A stretch of DNA of 64,000 nt from Veleropilina oligotropha (GCA_048128005.1 JBEUKZ010000036.1:62001-126000), one strand, 5' to 3'; shown: positions 24,845 through 39,200, numbered from the stretch's first letter. Program-made: numbers and translations. The notes: generated by a model not told the origin, from the letters alone.

Positions 24845-25165
24845 ATTAATAATAATAATAATTGCCCCTTCTTATATAGCGCATTTCACAGTTGAATCAA
24901 CCGTCGCAATGCGCTTTGACATTTTTACATTACCCCTGGTTATGGGCCTATTCCATTCGATATGCCATCTTAACTCCCTCTGGGAGCATTACAGTCATTT
25001 ACACGCTGGTAGCGCCGTGACTTACATAACTGCCAACCACGTACCCATTTAGATCGGCTGGGTGGACCGAGGCAAATATATGCTTATTTCCTTGCCCAAG
25101 TGAAATTTGGGGGCGAACTCGAGACTCTGTGACCAGAGTCCTGTGAACAACCCACTGAGCCACGA
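24845..25165 (-). mobile_element. tRNA-derived SINE with an L2-like tail
   Basis: On the minus strand: A-box-like TGGCTCAGTGG, B-box-like GAGTTCG, central CTTGGGCAAG..CCACCCAGC..AAATGGGTAC, and tail AAAGCGCATT..ATGCGCTATATAAG(ATT)n. Confidence 0.65.
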
Positions 25166-25691
25166 CAGCATATTAATAGTATACATGTATACAATTCTCA
25201 TTTCAAATTTACATTGGTTGGAATAACACAGTACACTAAAATATGGAAGTAGTTATCATTGGTACAAGATTCAAAGAGTGAAATATATCCACAACAAACA
25301 ATTCTTTGAGTGGAGTTGCATTTAGGTTTAAGATTGGAATTTAATGATTATAATCTTGGCTAGACCAGTCTGGCAGAGAAGAACAGACTAAACAATCCAC
25401 AGCAATGTGCCAGCCATCTACAAGCAAATACAAACTACATTCCCGTCTGGTGCATTAGTAATGTAAATCTACCAAATAAAATACAGGGCGATTACAAAAC
25501 CGAAAATAGTTTAAAGAATGTATAAAACCAAAAGTATATATACAATACACGATTTTGGAGAGAAATTATTGACATTATCGCCATGATAACATATTTATAA
25601 GCAATGTTGTGATGGCATTGAAAGATCATTTATAATTTTAAAATTTCATTCTATGATATTGTTATGAGCAGAATAAAGAAGATCCCGTTAG

Positions 25692-26244
25692 ACAAGAGCC
25701 AGTTGGAAAACGGACTCATCCCCCGCCTTCCGCAATCACTCGGATATAAACTTTAAACAAAATTTCTATGTCCCAACACATCAACTGATCAAGTTTCTTC
25801 AATATTTATACAAAATAATATTCAATATCATTGCTAGAGTAAAAGATGGTATCAATATAAGCATCACCAAAGAATATGTATGCAATAATGGAACAGAATG
25901 AAAATTCACTCAATTGTTCCAAAAATGTCCACAAACATAAGTTCACATACTGTATGTTATTTATATTATAAATCACTTGCAGATGAGGGAGCAGCATCAA
26001 TATAGTCAACACTACAGAATATGGATGTAAAACCGTGCCTAGAACAACCCATATGCTCATTGAAATATTTAAACAAAACTTTAACCAAGATTTTTATGTC
26101 CACAAACACCTATTTTTATGCAATAATTGTACTAAATTTAATTCAGCGTCACTTCCATAGTATCAGTTGACATTCATATTATCAATACCAAAGCATACAT
26201 ACACCAAAATGTTGTTTCAACAACCCATATACACTCAATGAAAA
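25692..26244 (+). mobile_element. 5' part of Helentron-like element X (degenerate ~170-180 bp repeats), cut by DIRS B1
   Basis: Begins ACAAGAG..ATCCCCCGCC and aligns to 58310-58405 plus 63015-63285. Confidence 0.65.
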
Positions 26245-29200
26245 ATGAGGTTTTTAAGTAAACCTAATATTAGTTAAAACATACTTACGTCCTTACACTT
26301 GCCATAATAGTCATATTATCGCTAACCGGAAACAGTGAATAATGTCACATTTTATGCACTATTAAGTCAAAACACACCACGATTACCTCCCCTGCTCCCC
26401 CTCTCTAAGTCCTCCGGCGAGATCTCGCCAAGTCTCGCGAGATGTCCGAGCTCAAGGTCACAAGGCCTCAATTCAAAGTTGAGAACACCAAAGGAACTTA
26501 GTAAGAGGGGAGGAATGCGAAAGCGCAGGGCGGGTAATCGTAGTAAGGACGTAAGTATGTTTTAACTAATATTAGGTTTACTTAAAAACCTCATATGTAG
26601 TTACAAACTTACTTACGTCCTTACACTTGCCAGAATGACCTTGGATAGGTGGGTAAGAAGTTCCATACAACAATCCCAAACAAGATTATGACTTACTTTT
26701 CACCATATCAATCAGCATGAAGCGTCGATTGTGTCCGCTCAGAGTGGAATCTGCTGAGTATTATATTCTACTCTTACCAGGTGAGAATTTCGACAAGTGT
26801 TACCGGGAGAATACGCCGTGGTGTTAGTTGGACAAGGTGAACGGAAGTGCAATCAGCCCCAGGCACGGCCGGAAGGAAGATCCTTGTAGGTCTTACGTGT
26901 CATGGACCAGTGGCAGCCAACTGGTACTCTGGGCCATAGGCCGGTAGCCAGAGGAAGCAGTCGTATTTGTAGGCACACGGAACCTAATAGTTAGGTTGTG
27001 AAGACATCAAATCTTAAGCAAAGAATTAATAGATTAAAATAAATAATCAATATTAATAAGTAATTCGCATGACCAACTTGCGAAAAGCTAACATGAGTAC
27101 ATGTTACTTAAAATAAATTTTAAGGAAGCAAATATTAAAAATTTTCAATGTCTTGAACATCGTATGTTCTATAACAGCATAGAACACCAATAATATTGAA
27201 CCTCAAAATCCTATAAGATTTTTTTGCAATATAAATGTTTATTAAATTCAATGTGAACTGGCCTGTCAAAATACTCAGGTATGACATGAAAGTATCAAGA
27301 TCTTAAAATGCTTTTAAGAAATGAACATACATTGAACCGCCTCATAATGTGTTTACATAGTAACACCTAGGCATAACAATAACATTGCTTCAGCACGAAG
27401 TATTAAATTGATCAATCAAGAGAAAATACTTGCCTACTGATTAGACGACCTTTGTCTAATAATACATCGTTGAGCAGCTACACATTGCAGGCTGCTCAAC
27501 CCGTCAGCCCCAGTGGAATAATCCCGCAGGTAATGTTTAACAAAAACATTTGGACTCTTCCAGTAACCTGCTTGTAGCAACGCTGAGATGTTGAGACTGT
27601 GTCGGAAGGCGATGGAAGCTGCAATTGCACGGACATCGTTTGCGCGAACCGAAACAATCATGCGGTCTACGTTTTCACAGCGAGAGTACACGTCTCTCAC
27701 CACCTGTGAAATCCACCGCGAAACAATCGTCTTCGTAATGTCGCGGGTATAGGAAGGCAAGTACGAAATAAATATACGTAGTTTTCCCTGCCACATATCA
27801 CGGGTCCTGTTGAGGTAGTAACATAAGGCACGCACAGGACAGTTTAAACGGTCCACATCGTGTCTTCCGACCAGCGTAAGCTTGGGGATAACGATATCGG
27901 GGGCGTCTTCGTTCGGCCGTTGATTCTTGGCGAGGAAGCCCAAGATAGGATGCAGCATCACCGACCCGTCTGACTGGAAACGAACGTCTCGTAGCTCTGC
28001 GGATAGACTATGAATTTCGGAACAACGCCTGCCCGACGCTAAGGCGATCAGAAAAACCGTTTTGTGCGTTAAATTTCTCATAGAAGCCGAGCACATAGGC
28101 TCGTATGGATGTGTAAGTAGAGCGTTAAGTACGAGAACGATGTTCCAGGCTGGCGGCCGTATCGTGCGGGTCGGAATTTCGAGTTCGTACGATCGTATAA
28201 AATCTGAAATCGTTCGGTCGCTAGACAGGCTAACACGGGCACAGCACTGTTTTAACGTGGTCGCGACCGTTGCCCGATAGCCTTTGACGGCGGACACTGA
28301 CATTCCCCGTTCAAAGAGCGACGATAGAAACTCGATAAATTTGTTCACAGGGAGGCGGAGAATATTGACCTGCCGGCTGTGACACCAATCCACGTATTTG
28401 ACCCATCGGTAGTCGTATACTTTAGACGTGGAAAGCCTTTTCGATCGGTAGATGCGTAGGGCTGTAGCGCGAGAAAATCCTTTCTTAGCGAGGGATCGTT
28501 CGATAACCGACAGGCGTGTAAACGTATGTCGTTCGACGACGGGTGTAACACACGACTGCATTAACAGGTCTGGTCTCTGCGGGAGCGCTAACGGTCGATC
28601 GACGATCAGATCGAGGAGGGTCGGGAACCAAGGTTGCGTGCGATACAGGGGCGCGATTAGCGTTATCTCGCAACGTTCCTTCGATGCCTTCTGTAGTACA
28701 AGTGACAGGATGCACGACAGGGGGAAGGCATACGTGGACAGAGTCTCCCATGTCATTGACAGCGCGTCGACCGCTAGGGCGGCCGGGTCCGGGTACGGGG
28801 AGACATACAGAGGTAGTCGGTGATTGAATTCTGTTGCAAACAGATCGACTTGGGGTTGTGACCACCGGCGACAAACGTCCCGAGCTACTCGGCTGTGTAG
28901 CGTCCACTCTGTGTGTATAATCTGTGATTTCCGAGAGAGCGAGTCCGCTCTGACATTCAGCTTTCCCGGGATGTGTCTTGCTCGTATCGTCGAGTTGAGG
29001 GACATCACTAGGCGGTGTAGGTCGATTGCTCGGTCGCAAAGGGGACGCGAGTGAGTGCCGCCCTGGTGTTGAATGTAAGCGACGACAGTCGTATTGTCCG
29101 TGGCGAGCATTATGTGCTTGTTGCGGAGATGTGACGAGAGGGACCGTACTGTCAGGTAGACCGCTTCTAGCTCTAGGTAGTTTATGTGTCGTCCCTGAAG

Positions 29201-29865
29201 GTCCGTCGGCCATAGGCCCGATGTCTCGTAACTGTCGAGGTGACCACCCCAGCCGTCGTTCAAAGCGTCTGTGAACAGGTAAGCGTTCGGCTCTGGCGGG
29301 GATATAGGAACCGTCTGGCTCGGCAAAGCAGGGTTCAGCCACACTGCTGTCGTGCGAGTAAACCAATGCCGAAGATCGATACGATCCGTCCACTGCCCCG
29401 TCCGTTGTATCCAGCGATCTCTGAACGCCTGTTGTAACGGTCGTTTGTCCATTCGACCCGTCGGTAGCAGGGTCGCTACCGACTCGATGTGCCCCAGGAC
29501 AGTGGCCAGTTGTCGCGCCGTAGTTATCTCCGATGTCAGGGTGTCTTGAATAACCGCGCGTAGGTTCCGTATACGTTTCTGGGTCGGCTTCGCGGTGTAC
29601 CAGACCGTATCGAACTCGACTCCGAGAAACGTAAACGTCTTGGAGGGTACGAAGCAGGATTTCGTCTCGTTGATCTGAAATCCCAGTCGCTTCGCCGATG
29701 ACAGGGTAAAGCTCGTAGACCGGTGGCACAGATCCCGGGACGCCCCGAGGATCAGCCAGTCGTCGAGGTACATATGTACCCTGTGCCCTAGAGAGTGTAG
29801 GAAGGCTCCGAGGGCCTGTACTGTTCTCGTGAAGACGTACGGGGCTGACGATAGACCGAACGGTA
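26245..29865 (-). mobile_element. DIRS family B copy B1, 5'-truncated inside RT
   Basis: 3' LTR, ICR (about 26542-26632), YR, MT, RH and the YLDD part of RT; homology stops abruptly at 29865. Confidence 0.95.
27434..29773 (-). CDS. B1 RT(partial)-RH-MT fused in frame to YR by a small deletion near 28550
   Basis: A single 779-aa frame runs from YLDD through YAFP to LASGRR and FVKHY; the YR HxxR motif reads NDVR. Confidence 0.75.
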   Translation of the reverse strand: MYLDDWLILGASRDLCHRSTSFTLSSAKRLGFQINETKSCFVPSKTFTFLGVEFDTVWYTAKPTQKRIRNLRAVIQDTLTSEITTARQLATVLGHIESVATLLPTGRMDKRPLQQAFRDRWIQRTGQWTDRIDLRHWFTRTTAVWLNPALPSQTVPISPPEPNAYLFTDALNDGWGGHLDSYETSGLWPTDLQGRHINYLELEAVYLTVRSLSSHLRNKHIMLATDNTTVVAYIQHQGGTHSRPLCDRAIDLHRLVMSLNSTIRARHIPGKLNVRADSLSRKSQIIHTEWTLHSRVARDVCRRWSQPQVDLFATEFNHRLPLYVSPYPDPAALAVDALSMTWETLSTYAFPLSCILSLVLQKASKERCEITLIAPLYRTQPWFPTLLDLIVDRPLALPQRPDLLMQSCVTPVVERHTFTRLSVIERSLAKKGFSRATALRIYRSKRLSTSKVYDYRWVKYVDWCHSRQVNILRLPVNKFIEFLSSLFERGMSVSAVKGYRATVATTLKQCCARVSLSSDRTISDFIRSYELEIPTRTIRPPAWNIVLVLNALLTHPYEPMCSASMRNLTHKTVFLIALASGRRCSEIHSLSAELRDVRFQSDGSVMLHPILGFLAKNQRPNEDAPDIVIPKLTLVGRHDVDRLNCPVRALCYYLNRTRDMWQGKLRIFISYLPSYTRDITKTIVSRWISQVVRDVYSRCENVDRMIVSVRANDVRAIAASIAFRHSLNISALLQAGYWKSPNVFVKHYLRDYSTGADGLSSLQCVAAQRCIIRQRSSNQ

Positions 29866-29984
29866 AGGTAATTAAATTGATATAAAGGCTCTTACATCAT
29901 CTTTGTATGATGTTATATATATATATATAAATGAGCAATATGTTCAAAGTAAATCTAAAAAAAGTAATTTCAATTTCCTTCAAG

Positions 29985-30199
29985 TCCACGGGGTCGTGCG
30001 GCCATGGCGTATTCCCACCTACGACCTCTGGCCCTTCACTTCTAGGGTCGTGGGTTCGATCATACGTGAAGCAGTTGCCAGGTTCTGGCCAGAGGTCGGT
30101 GGTTTACTCTTGGTACTCCGGTTTACTACAACAACAAATCCTGATTTTCATTTCATGGCCATAGCTGTTAAAGAATGATAAACACATAACAAACAAACC
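29985..30199 (+). mobile_element. Degenerate tRNA-SINE (V-domain-like core)
   Basis: B-box GGTTCGATC, core GGTGGTTTACTCTTGGTACTCCGGTTT, and an (AAAC)n tail. Confidence 0.55.
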
Positions 30200-30240
30200 C
30201 TACAGTAATAAATGTCTGTTATTTCCTTCTTTAAATTCAG

Positions 30241-33200
30241 CCTGCTCTCGATTGTGCGGAACACTCTGAGATAGATAGAGTAGACTGCTCTTATGAGGAA
30301 GAACCCGACACCAGTAACAGCATGGACATTTCAGGGCTTACTGTTATCCTTGAAGCTTTAGAAAAGGTAAATATATTTTCATATACTGTTATTAATGAAA
30401 ATATGCTGTTTATTAATAAGAAAAATATTATTGCGCTTTCAATTTATTTGCGATACAGTTATGATCAGGGCCCAAGATTATCAAGGTCTGCTGTGCACGA
30501 TCTGACTCTGGTGACTGTTTCGTACTCAAATCAACACTCTTGATCATTGCAGAGTCCGAGCTGAGTTTCATAAGAGTCTTTATAGCCTTGGGCCCAGGAC
30601 TGTTAAACTACAACTATGTTCATAGCCAGGGTGGCATTTGACATTATGTTTATGTTTTGCTGTATACATTTTTTTTCTGTTTCCTGTTTTTGCAGGAACA
30701 AGACGACTTCTCGCTGTCTCCAATTCTGTCTCCAATTCTTTCCATTCTGAAGGTAAGAGGAAAATGAGGTTTTTAGGTAAACCTAATATTAGTTAAAACA
30801 TACTTACGTCCTTACTCTTGCCATAATAGTCATATTATCGCTAACCGGAAACAGTGAATAAAGTCACATTTAGGCACTTATTAAGTCAAAACGTACTACG
30901 ATTACCTCCCCTGCTCCCGCTCTCTAAGTTCCCCCGGCGAGATCTCGCCAAGTCTCGTGAGATATCCGAGCTCGAGATCACAAGACCTCAATTCAAAGTT
31001 CAAAACCCCAAAGGAACTTAGTAGAGGGGAGGAATGCGAAACGCAGGGTGCATACATGTGATACCTCCCGCCGGGAGTATAATTCTCCCGAAATCGGCAC
31101 CCCCAAAATGGCCTACTCCCGAAATGACAGAAATCTCCCGAAATGACAAATTCCTACCGGAATATCTTGATTTCTCCCTCAAAGCTATTTTCGCAATGTT
31201 ATTTCTTATCCGCAATAGTTTTGGAGTCGGTAAACGGAACTCGTTTAATAAGTCGTCAAATACAGTAGATGCTGTAACAATATACCTCTACATAAATTGT
31301 GTAGATAGAACGCGATAGAGCATGAAGATTATTGTCAAAATATTCGTTTGATACTTCGTTTACCACAAGCACTCAGCGTTCTTTTGTTGAAACATTGAAG
31401 CGTGCTTTTGTGTTGATAGCAATTGTCGCGCAGTAATTTCGGGAACTATTTACGGAAATATACGAGTGTTTTCCGACTTTCATATCTCTTTATTTTGCGT
31501 TACAAAATAATCTCGCACCGGGTATTTAAATTTGTACTATTTAATACGAAGATAATTTTCGAAGCAACGTTGTGATCTATTTGATGTAGGCCCGTAGTTC
31601 ACAAAGAATAAGTGTCAATAGCGCTAATAAAGCAAATTAATTGGGATTAAATGCTATGAAAACGTCTATTGTTTAATTACTCATCAAGAGTTTCAGTAGA
31701 TTTGCCAAATAATAGGGATTAGCGCAACTGACATGCTCTGAGCTCGAGTGATTTAATACAAGTTTGCGTTTATCGGCAAAGTACATATAGCTATTAGGCC
31801 TAACCGCAAGGTAATCTGGATTGTCCGCAAGAACTTTTAAAAATATAAGATGATTAATGATTATCGGCTTTTTTAGGTTTAATTTTTTTATGACAACATA
31901 TGTTACTATGCTGATCAAGTAATTAAGTAATTAAGGCTGTGCATGTTGTACTTTACTGAAGATATATACAATAAGAATTGTAAATATTTAAGGTTGTATT
32001 ATATAATTATTTTATGGTGTTTAATATATACATATTTAATTATAATATTTATTGGTATTGTTTTGATTGCATAAATAAAATAATATTTAATTTCTATAAA
32101 TGCCTTTTTATTCAAATATATGACGAAATTGACGATAAAATCCTCCGATAAAAATACTTCTGGAATCTCCTGGAATCTCCTGGAATATTGACCCCAACCT
32201 CCTGGAATGGTATTTTGGGTTTATCACATGTATGAGGGTGGGTAATCGTAGTAAGGACGTAAGTATGTTTTAACTAATATTAGGTTTACTTAAAAACCTC
32301 ATATGTAGTTACAAACTACTTACGTCCTTACTCTTGCCAGAATAACCTTGGATAGGTGGGTAAGAAGTTCCTTACAACAACCCAAACAAGATAATGACTT
32401 ACTTTTCACCATTTCAATCAGCATGAAGCGTCGATTGTGTCCGCCCAGAGTGGAATTTACTGAGTATTATATTCTACTCTTACCAAGCGAGAATTTCGAC
32501 CAGTGTTACCGGGAGAATACGCCGTGGTGTGAGTCGGACGAGGTGAACGGAAGTGCAATCAGCCCCAGGCACGGCCGGAAGGATGAATCCTTGTAGGTCT
32601 TACGTGTCATGGGCCAGTGGCAGCCAAATGGTACTCCGGGCCATAGGCCGGTAGCCAGAGGATGCAGTCGGATTTGTAAGCACACGGAACCTAATAGGTT
32701 GTGAAAGCGTAAAATCAAAAGCAAAGAATTAATAGATTAAATAAATAATCGATATTAATAAGTGATTCGCATGACCAACTTGCGAAACGCTAACATGTAC
32801 GACATGTTACTTAAAATAAATTTTAAGGAAGCAAATATTAAAAAAATTTCAATGTCTTGAACATCGTATGTTCGATAACAGCATAGAACAACAAATAATA
32901 TTGAACCTCAAAATCCTATAAGATTTTCGCAATATAGTTGTTTATTAAATTCAATGTGAACTGGCTTGTCAATATACTCAGGTATGACATGAAGTACAAA
33001 ATCTTAAAATGTTTTTAAGAAATGAACAGACATTGAATCGCCTCATATGTGTCTATTTCATAGAACAGCTAGGCCAACAATAACATTGCGTCAGCACGGA
33101 TTATGTAAATTGATAAATCAAGAAATAATACTCACTGATTAGACGACCTCGGTCTAACAATACATCGTTGAGCAGTTACTATAAAGACTGCACAATCCAT

Positions 33201-36200
33201 CAGCCGCATGGAATAATCCCACAGAAAAGGCTTAATAAAGACATTTTGAGAAGCAACGCTGAGATGTGTATCCGCGAAAGCACGGACCTCGTGCGCGCGG
33301 ATCGATACAATAGTGCGTGCGGCCTACTTTTCACAGCGAGAGTAGTCTCTCACTACCTGTGAAAACCTCCGCGAAACAGTCGTCTACGTAATGTCGCGGA
33401 TATAAGAAGGTAAATACGAATAAAATATACGTAGTTTTCCCTGCCGCGTATCACGGGTCCTGTCGAGGTAGTAACGTAGGCACGCATATGACAGGTTCAT
33501 CGGTCCACATCGGGTCTCTGACCAGCGTAAAGCTTGGGGATAACGATATCGGGTGCGTCTCGTTCGGCCGTTGATTCTTGGCGAGGGAACCCAAGATATG
33601 ACGCCGCATCACCGACCCGTCGACTGGAAATGAACGTCTCGTAGCTCTGCGGATAGACTATGAAATACGGAACAACGCCTGCCCGACGCTAAGGCGATCA
33701 GAAAAATCCGTTTTGTGCGTTAAGTTCCTCATAGAGGTCGGGCCCATAGGCTAGTACGGGTAGAAGGAGAGCGTTAAGAATGAGAGCGATGTTTCAGGCT
33801 GGCGGCCGTATCGTACGGGTCGAAATTTCGAGTTCGAAGGATCGTAGAAATCCAAATCGTTCGGTCGCTAGGTAGGCTAACACGGGCACGGCACTCGCGA
33901 CCGTTGCCCGATAGCTTTGACGGCGGACACTGACATACCGCGTTCAAAGAGCGACGATAAAAACTCAATAAACTTGTTCACAGGGGGGGCGGAGTATATT
34001 GACCGGCCGGCTGTGACACCAATCCACGTACTTAACCCATCGGTAGTCATAAACTTTAGTCGTGGAAAGCCGTCTCGATCGGTAGATGCGTAGGGCTGTT
34101 GCGCGAGAAATTCCTTTCTTAGCAAGAGATCGTTCGATAACCGCCAGGCGTGTAAACGTAAGTCGTTCGGCGATGTTGAAATACACGGCTGCGCGCCTGC
34201 ATTAACCGGCCCGGTCTCTGCGGGAGCGATAACGGTCGGTCGACGATCAGATCGAGGAGGGTCGGAAACCAAGGTTGCGTGCGATATAGGGGCGCGATTA
34301 GCGTTATCTGCAACGTTCGTTCGATGCCTTCTGTAATACCAGTGTTAGAATGCACGACGGGGGGAAGGCATACGTGGACAGATTCTCCCATGTCATTGAC
34401 AGTGCGGCGACCGCTAGGGCGGCCGGGTCCGGGTACGGGGAGACATACAGAGGTAGTCGGTAATTAAATTCTGTTGCAAACAGATCGACTTGGGGTTGTG
34501 ACCACCGGCGACAAACGTCCCGAGCTACTCGGCTGTGTAGCTCCACTCTGTGTGTATTATCTGTGATTTCCGAGAGAGCGAGTCCGCTCTGACATTCAGC
34601 TTTCCCGGGATGTGTCGGGCTCGAATCGTCGAGATGAGGGACATCACTAGGCGGTGTAGGTCTATCGCTCGGTCGCAAAGGGGACGCGAGCGAGTGCCGC
34701 CCTGGTGCTGGATGTAAGCGACGACAGTCGTGTTGTCCATGGCGAGCATTATGTGCTTGTTGCGGAGATGTGACGAGAGGGACCGTACTGACAGGTAGAC
34801 GGCTTCTAACTCTAGGAAGTAGATGTGTCGTCCCTGAAGGTCCGTCGGCCATAGGCCTGATGTCTCGTAACTGTCGAGGTGACCACCCCAGCCGTCGTTC
34901 GAAGCGTCTGTGAACAGGTAAGCGTTCGGCTCTGGCGGGGATATAGGAACCGACTGGCCCGGCAAAGCAGGGTTCAACCACACTGCTGTTGTGCTGGTAA
35001 ACCAATGCCGAAGATCGATGCGATCCGTCCACTGCCCCGTCCGTTGTATCCAGCGATCCCTGAACGCCTGGTGTAACGGTCGATTGTCCATGTGACCCGT
35101 CGGTAGCAGGGTCGCTGCCGACTCGAAGTGCCCCAGGACAGTGGCCAGTTGTCGCGCTGTAGTTATGTCCGATGACAGGGTGTCTTGGATAACCGCGCGT
35201 AGCTTCCGCATACGTTTCTGGGTCGGTTTCGCGGTGTACCGGACCGTATCGAAGTCGACCCCGAGAAACGTAAACGTCGTCGAGGGCACGAAGCCGGATT
35301 TTGTCTCGTTGATCTGAAATCCCAGGCGCTTCGTAGATGACAGGGTAAAGCTCGTAGACCGGAGGCACAGATCTCGGGACGCCCCGAGGATCAGCCAGTC
35401 GTCGAGGTATATATGTACCCTGAGCCCTAGAGAGTGTAGGAAGGCTCCGAGGGCCTGTACTGTTCTCGTGAAGACGTACGGGGCTGACGATAGACCGAAC
35501 GGTAGGCACCTGAATGGTAGATCGTCTCCCCGTGTATAAACCGAAGGTACTGATGAGCCGTGATATGCATCGGGACATGCAGATACGCGTCGGTCAGATC
35601 GATAGACGCTGCCCAGTCGCCCGGACGGATGGCCGCTCGTATCTTCGAGAGGGTTTCCTGCTGGAATTTCTCGGTACGAAGATATTAGTTGAGATACGAG
35701 AGATCGAAGATCGGTCGCTAGCGGCCATCGGGATTCGGGACCAGGAAGAAATGGCTGTATTATCCTGGTGTGCTGGGCGGCGCGGGATATATTGCTCCTT
35801 GAGGAGTAGGTCCCGCACTGCCTGGTCTAAGACCGCTCGCATCTCTCCGTTTAGGAGGCGAGCGTGTCTTGGTGGTGGTGCCTCGTTTAGGGTCGGATGC
35901 CGGTTGAACCAACTTGTATCCGGCACTCACGACGGAGGGACCCAGCTACTGTCTGGTAGTCTAGCCACGGCTGGCTGTACGCTAACAGATACGCTTCCAC
36001 CGGCGGAAGCGGGCAGCTGGGACTGTCGTGTGGCCGGCAGCCCTAGGGCCGAGGCTTCCCTCTGCCGCTCTGACGGGAGCTTGTTGGAGGTGCTTGCCTC
36101 TTCGGAGTGGGTTAATGGCCGGGGGCCTACCACCAGAAGAGGGCCATGCACGCTTGGAAGGCTTCGGGGTCCGGGTGGGCCCTGAATGCTTCCTCAAGTC

Positions 36201-39200
36201 GGAGGGTGGACCCCCGGGGGGTGCAGCACCGCCTACTCGATGGTACGGTCCGTCAGGTCCACCGCTCTCTGTCGACGAATTCCGAGAAATCGTCGCCAAA
36301 TAGAGTGGTGGCCGAGCAAGGCACGCATCGCAATGAGCGCCGGGTGGCCTCATCTAGCGAGGTGTCTTTCAGGCAAGCGTCCCTACGAAGTAGGTGTTAC
36401 CCAGGACACGTCCCGTCTCCAACGCGTTGGTCTCCATAACGGCAGCAACCTCCTGGAGGAAGGACAGGGCAGCCCACGAGCGCCGGGTCCATCCTCCTGT
36501 AATACGACGATCGTCCCGTCTAGGAAAAATCCTGAACGGACGATAGCCGCAGAGCCCATCGGGCGGAGCTCTCGAAAGCTTCCAAGGCGAACCCAGGAAC
36601 TCTCGCTACAGAGGGAGTGTGACTGGCGGTCAGTCAACGCAACGCTGCGTCAACACGAGCCGCCTCAGTCGCCAGGCACGGACCAGTACATGCGAACGGG
36701 ATCGAACGCGAACTGCCCCGGAGGTACCTCCCACTACGGAACCCCGAAGGGTACTCGGTCAGTGGGGAGGACTCCACCAGATTGCGCCCCCGACTGAGCT
36801 TGGTTGTCGAGTCAACACCAGATCAACCAGCCCAGACTGAGGTAAGGAAGGAAGCAAGGGGGCTTCCTTCTCAACAAACCGATGCGCCGCCGTCCTGTGC
36901 TTGACCGGGCCTACATACGACCGAGTCGGTTCCGGCCGGTCAAGCACCCCGCGAAGTGACGCAACAGCGTCGAGTTCGACGGGTGGTGGAGGTCGGCTCC
37001 TGCGTGCCTGGAAGACTACCAGCGTCTTCGGGCCCGACCGATACAGGGAGGTCGGAGTGAGTGGAGTCGAGGTCCTCGTCGGAACGAGGTTCGATCCCCA
37101 CCACGGAGGCAGGAGCCGTGCTCTGCACCACAGGCAGAGGTGTAGGTACCTGGAGCGGCGAGGAAGCCGGTTGCCAGGCCCGACATCGGGACTCGAACTC
37201 CGCCGCGAACATAGCCTGGACGTTCTCCAAAGAGAAACCCGGAGGCATGACGGGCGTCGAACTAACAGCCGGTAGTTCGGTCGAAGTCACCGTGGCGCTA
37301 GGTAGACGGGCTGCATGGACAGGTGTAGCCGAGAACCCTTTTTTTAGGGTCTCGGGACACGTGTCGAGTGGTCGAACCCGAAAGAACGGCCCGGAGGCGC
37401 GTTCGGTGGGCCGAACGACCGTTAGGACTGCAGCAACAGTCCGTATCGGTCTACCACTCTGTTCGCGAGAGGCACGGACGGAAAACCGCCGTAGAACCCC
37501 TCACCGAACGCAGCCGGTCTGTCCACGTTCTCTAGCGTGACCATCGTGGGTGCATGGGAGAGAACGGGCCCTCTGAAAAGCTCGTGAGCATCGAGGTTGA
37601 GCGGAAAACCCTTAGGGGTAGTCGCGTCGGTCTCGAACGAGGATTCAGGTGTCGCCAATTGTCCGGATCTTAGACCATCGTAATGGTGTCCGGCCTCTTT
37701 AAAGGCTTTCTCATTGGGTCGCTCCCCGTCGTTAAACAGAGAGTTTCCCACAGAAGGACTAACGTTCCCCGTATTCTTCGAGGCCGAAGAAAAGGATGGG
37801 GAATGTCTGCCCTGTTCAGCGGTTCGCTGCGTTGCCAGATATACCTTGCTAGCCGGCAAGGTATGGTTGGCTGCAGTTACTAGGCCCGTTTTAGGAGGAT
37901 CGAACAGCACTCGGGCTCCTACCTGAATCTGGGGTCCCGGCAAGGTTACGGCGACTCCCCCATGAGTCGCGGAGGTTACGCCGGTAGATCCGGCGACAGA
38001 CGGTATTCCTTTTATGGTCGACTGTCGTCCAGCGTCCCTGAAGTAGACAAAAAAAACGTTAATTCCCTTTAACCTACCATTTTGTCCATTCTCGGGGGAG
38101 AACCCACCGTGGTAACCGCACTGGTCGCCTTCATCGGTGGATATACGATCGCCCACTGCCTGCTGTTAAATCTAGGCACAGTTCACACTTATAAGACTTA
38201 CTGTCAGTTACGGTGAACACGGCATTCCGTGCGCCTAGAAATCCGTGAAACTTCGGGTTACACCCGGAGTTGCACCGGACCATACTTCCCTCTCCCTGAA
38301 TACACGGGAGGGTAGTAGTGGGTGGAACGGGGTAGTTAAAAGTATATATTTGGTAGTTGTGACTATTTACTACGACAACTCTTAAAATTGCCCTGATCTG
38401 AAGATCAAAGATTAGGCGATATACCGCAAAACAACCCCGAACTGGGAACACCGAGGCCGGGTAATAACCCGGCACGACCCGGTAAAAAACCCGGCAAATT
38501 GACTAGAACAAACGGGGGTTCTTTCTTAGAAAAAACCGCCCCGGAAAACACCTGAAGCCTCGTGGATGTTTTTATGTTAGTACAATGGCGTATTATCCCA
38601 GAAACGGCAGGATATCAGAATAACTAAAAGTGATATCTAAACAATCCTGCCTATTAACGACGCTAGAATTTTTATACAATAATAACCAGCAATAGCGTCG
38701 TTAAGGAATTATCCAATATAATGAGTTACCTGTTTGCAGTCTCAAACAATATCAGATAAAAATACCGACCAGAAATTTCTTCTACACACGAAACTTCCCC
38801 TCGAAGCAGCCATGCTTTTCCTCAGCAACAGCGGCGATGTCGGTTTCACTGATTTTCACACTTCTCGAAGTTTAGAATCACAATCTTCCTATATTCACTT
38901 GTGTTTAATTATCCACAACACAGGGTATATTCCACAACTTATATTACTGATATAAGGTTATAGCGTCCTCGATTTAACGTATAAATCGGAAGACAAATTT
39001 GCGGAGCAAAAAACACGTCTTTCCGTTTCGGCGGAAAACTTTGAATTGAGGTCTTGTGATCTCGAGCTCGGATATCTCACGAGACTTGGCGAGACCTCGC
39101 CGGGGGAACTTAGAGAGCGGGAGCAGGGGAGGTGATCGTAGTACGTTTTGACTTAATAAGTGCCTAAATGTGACTTTATTCACTGTTTCCGGTTAGCGAT

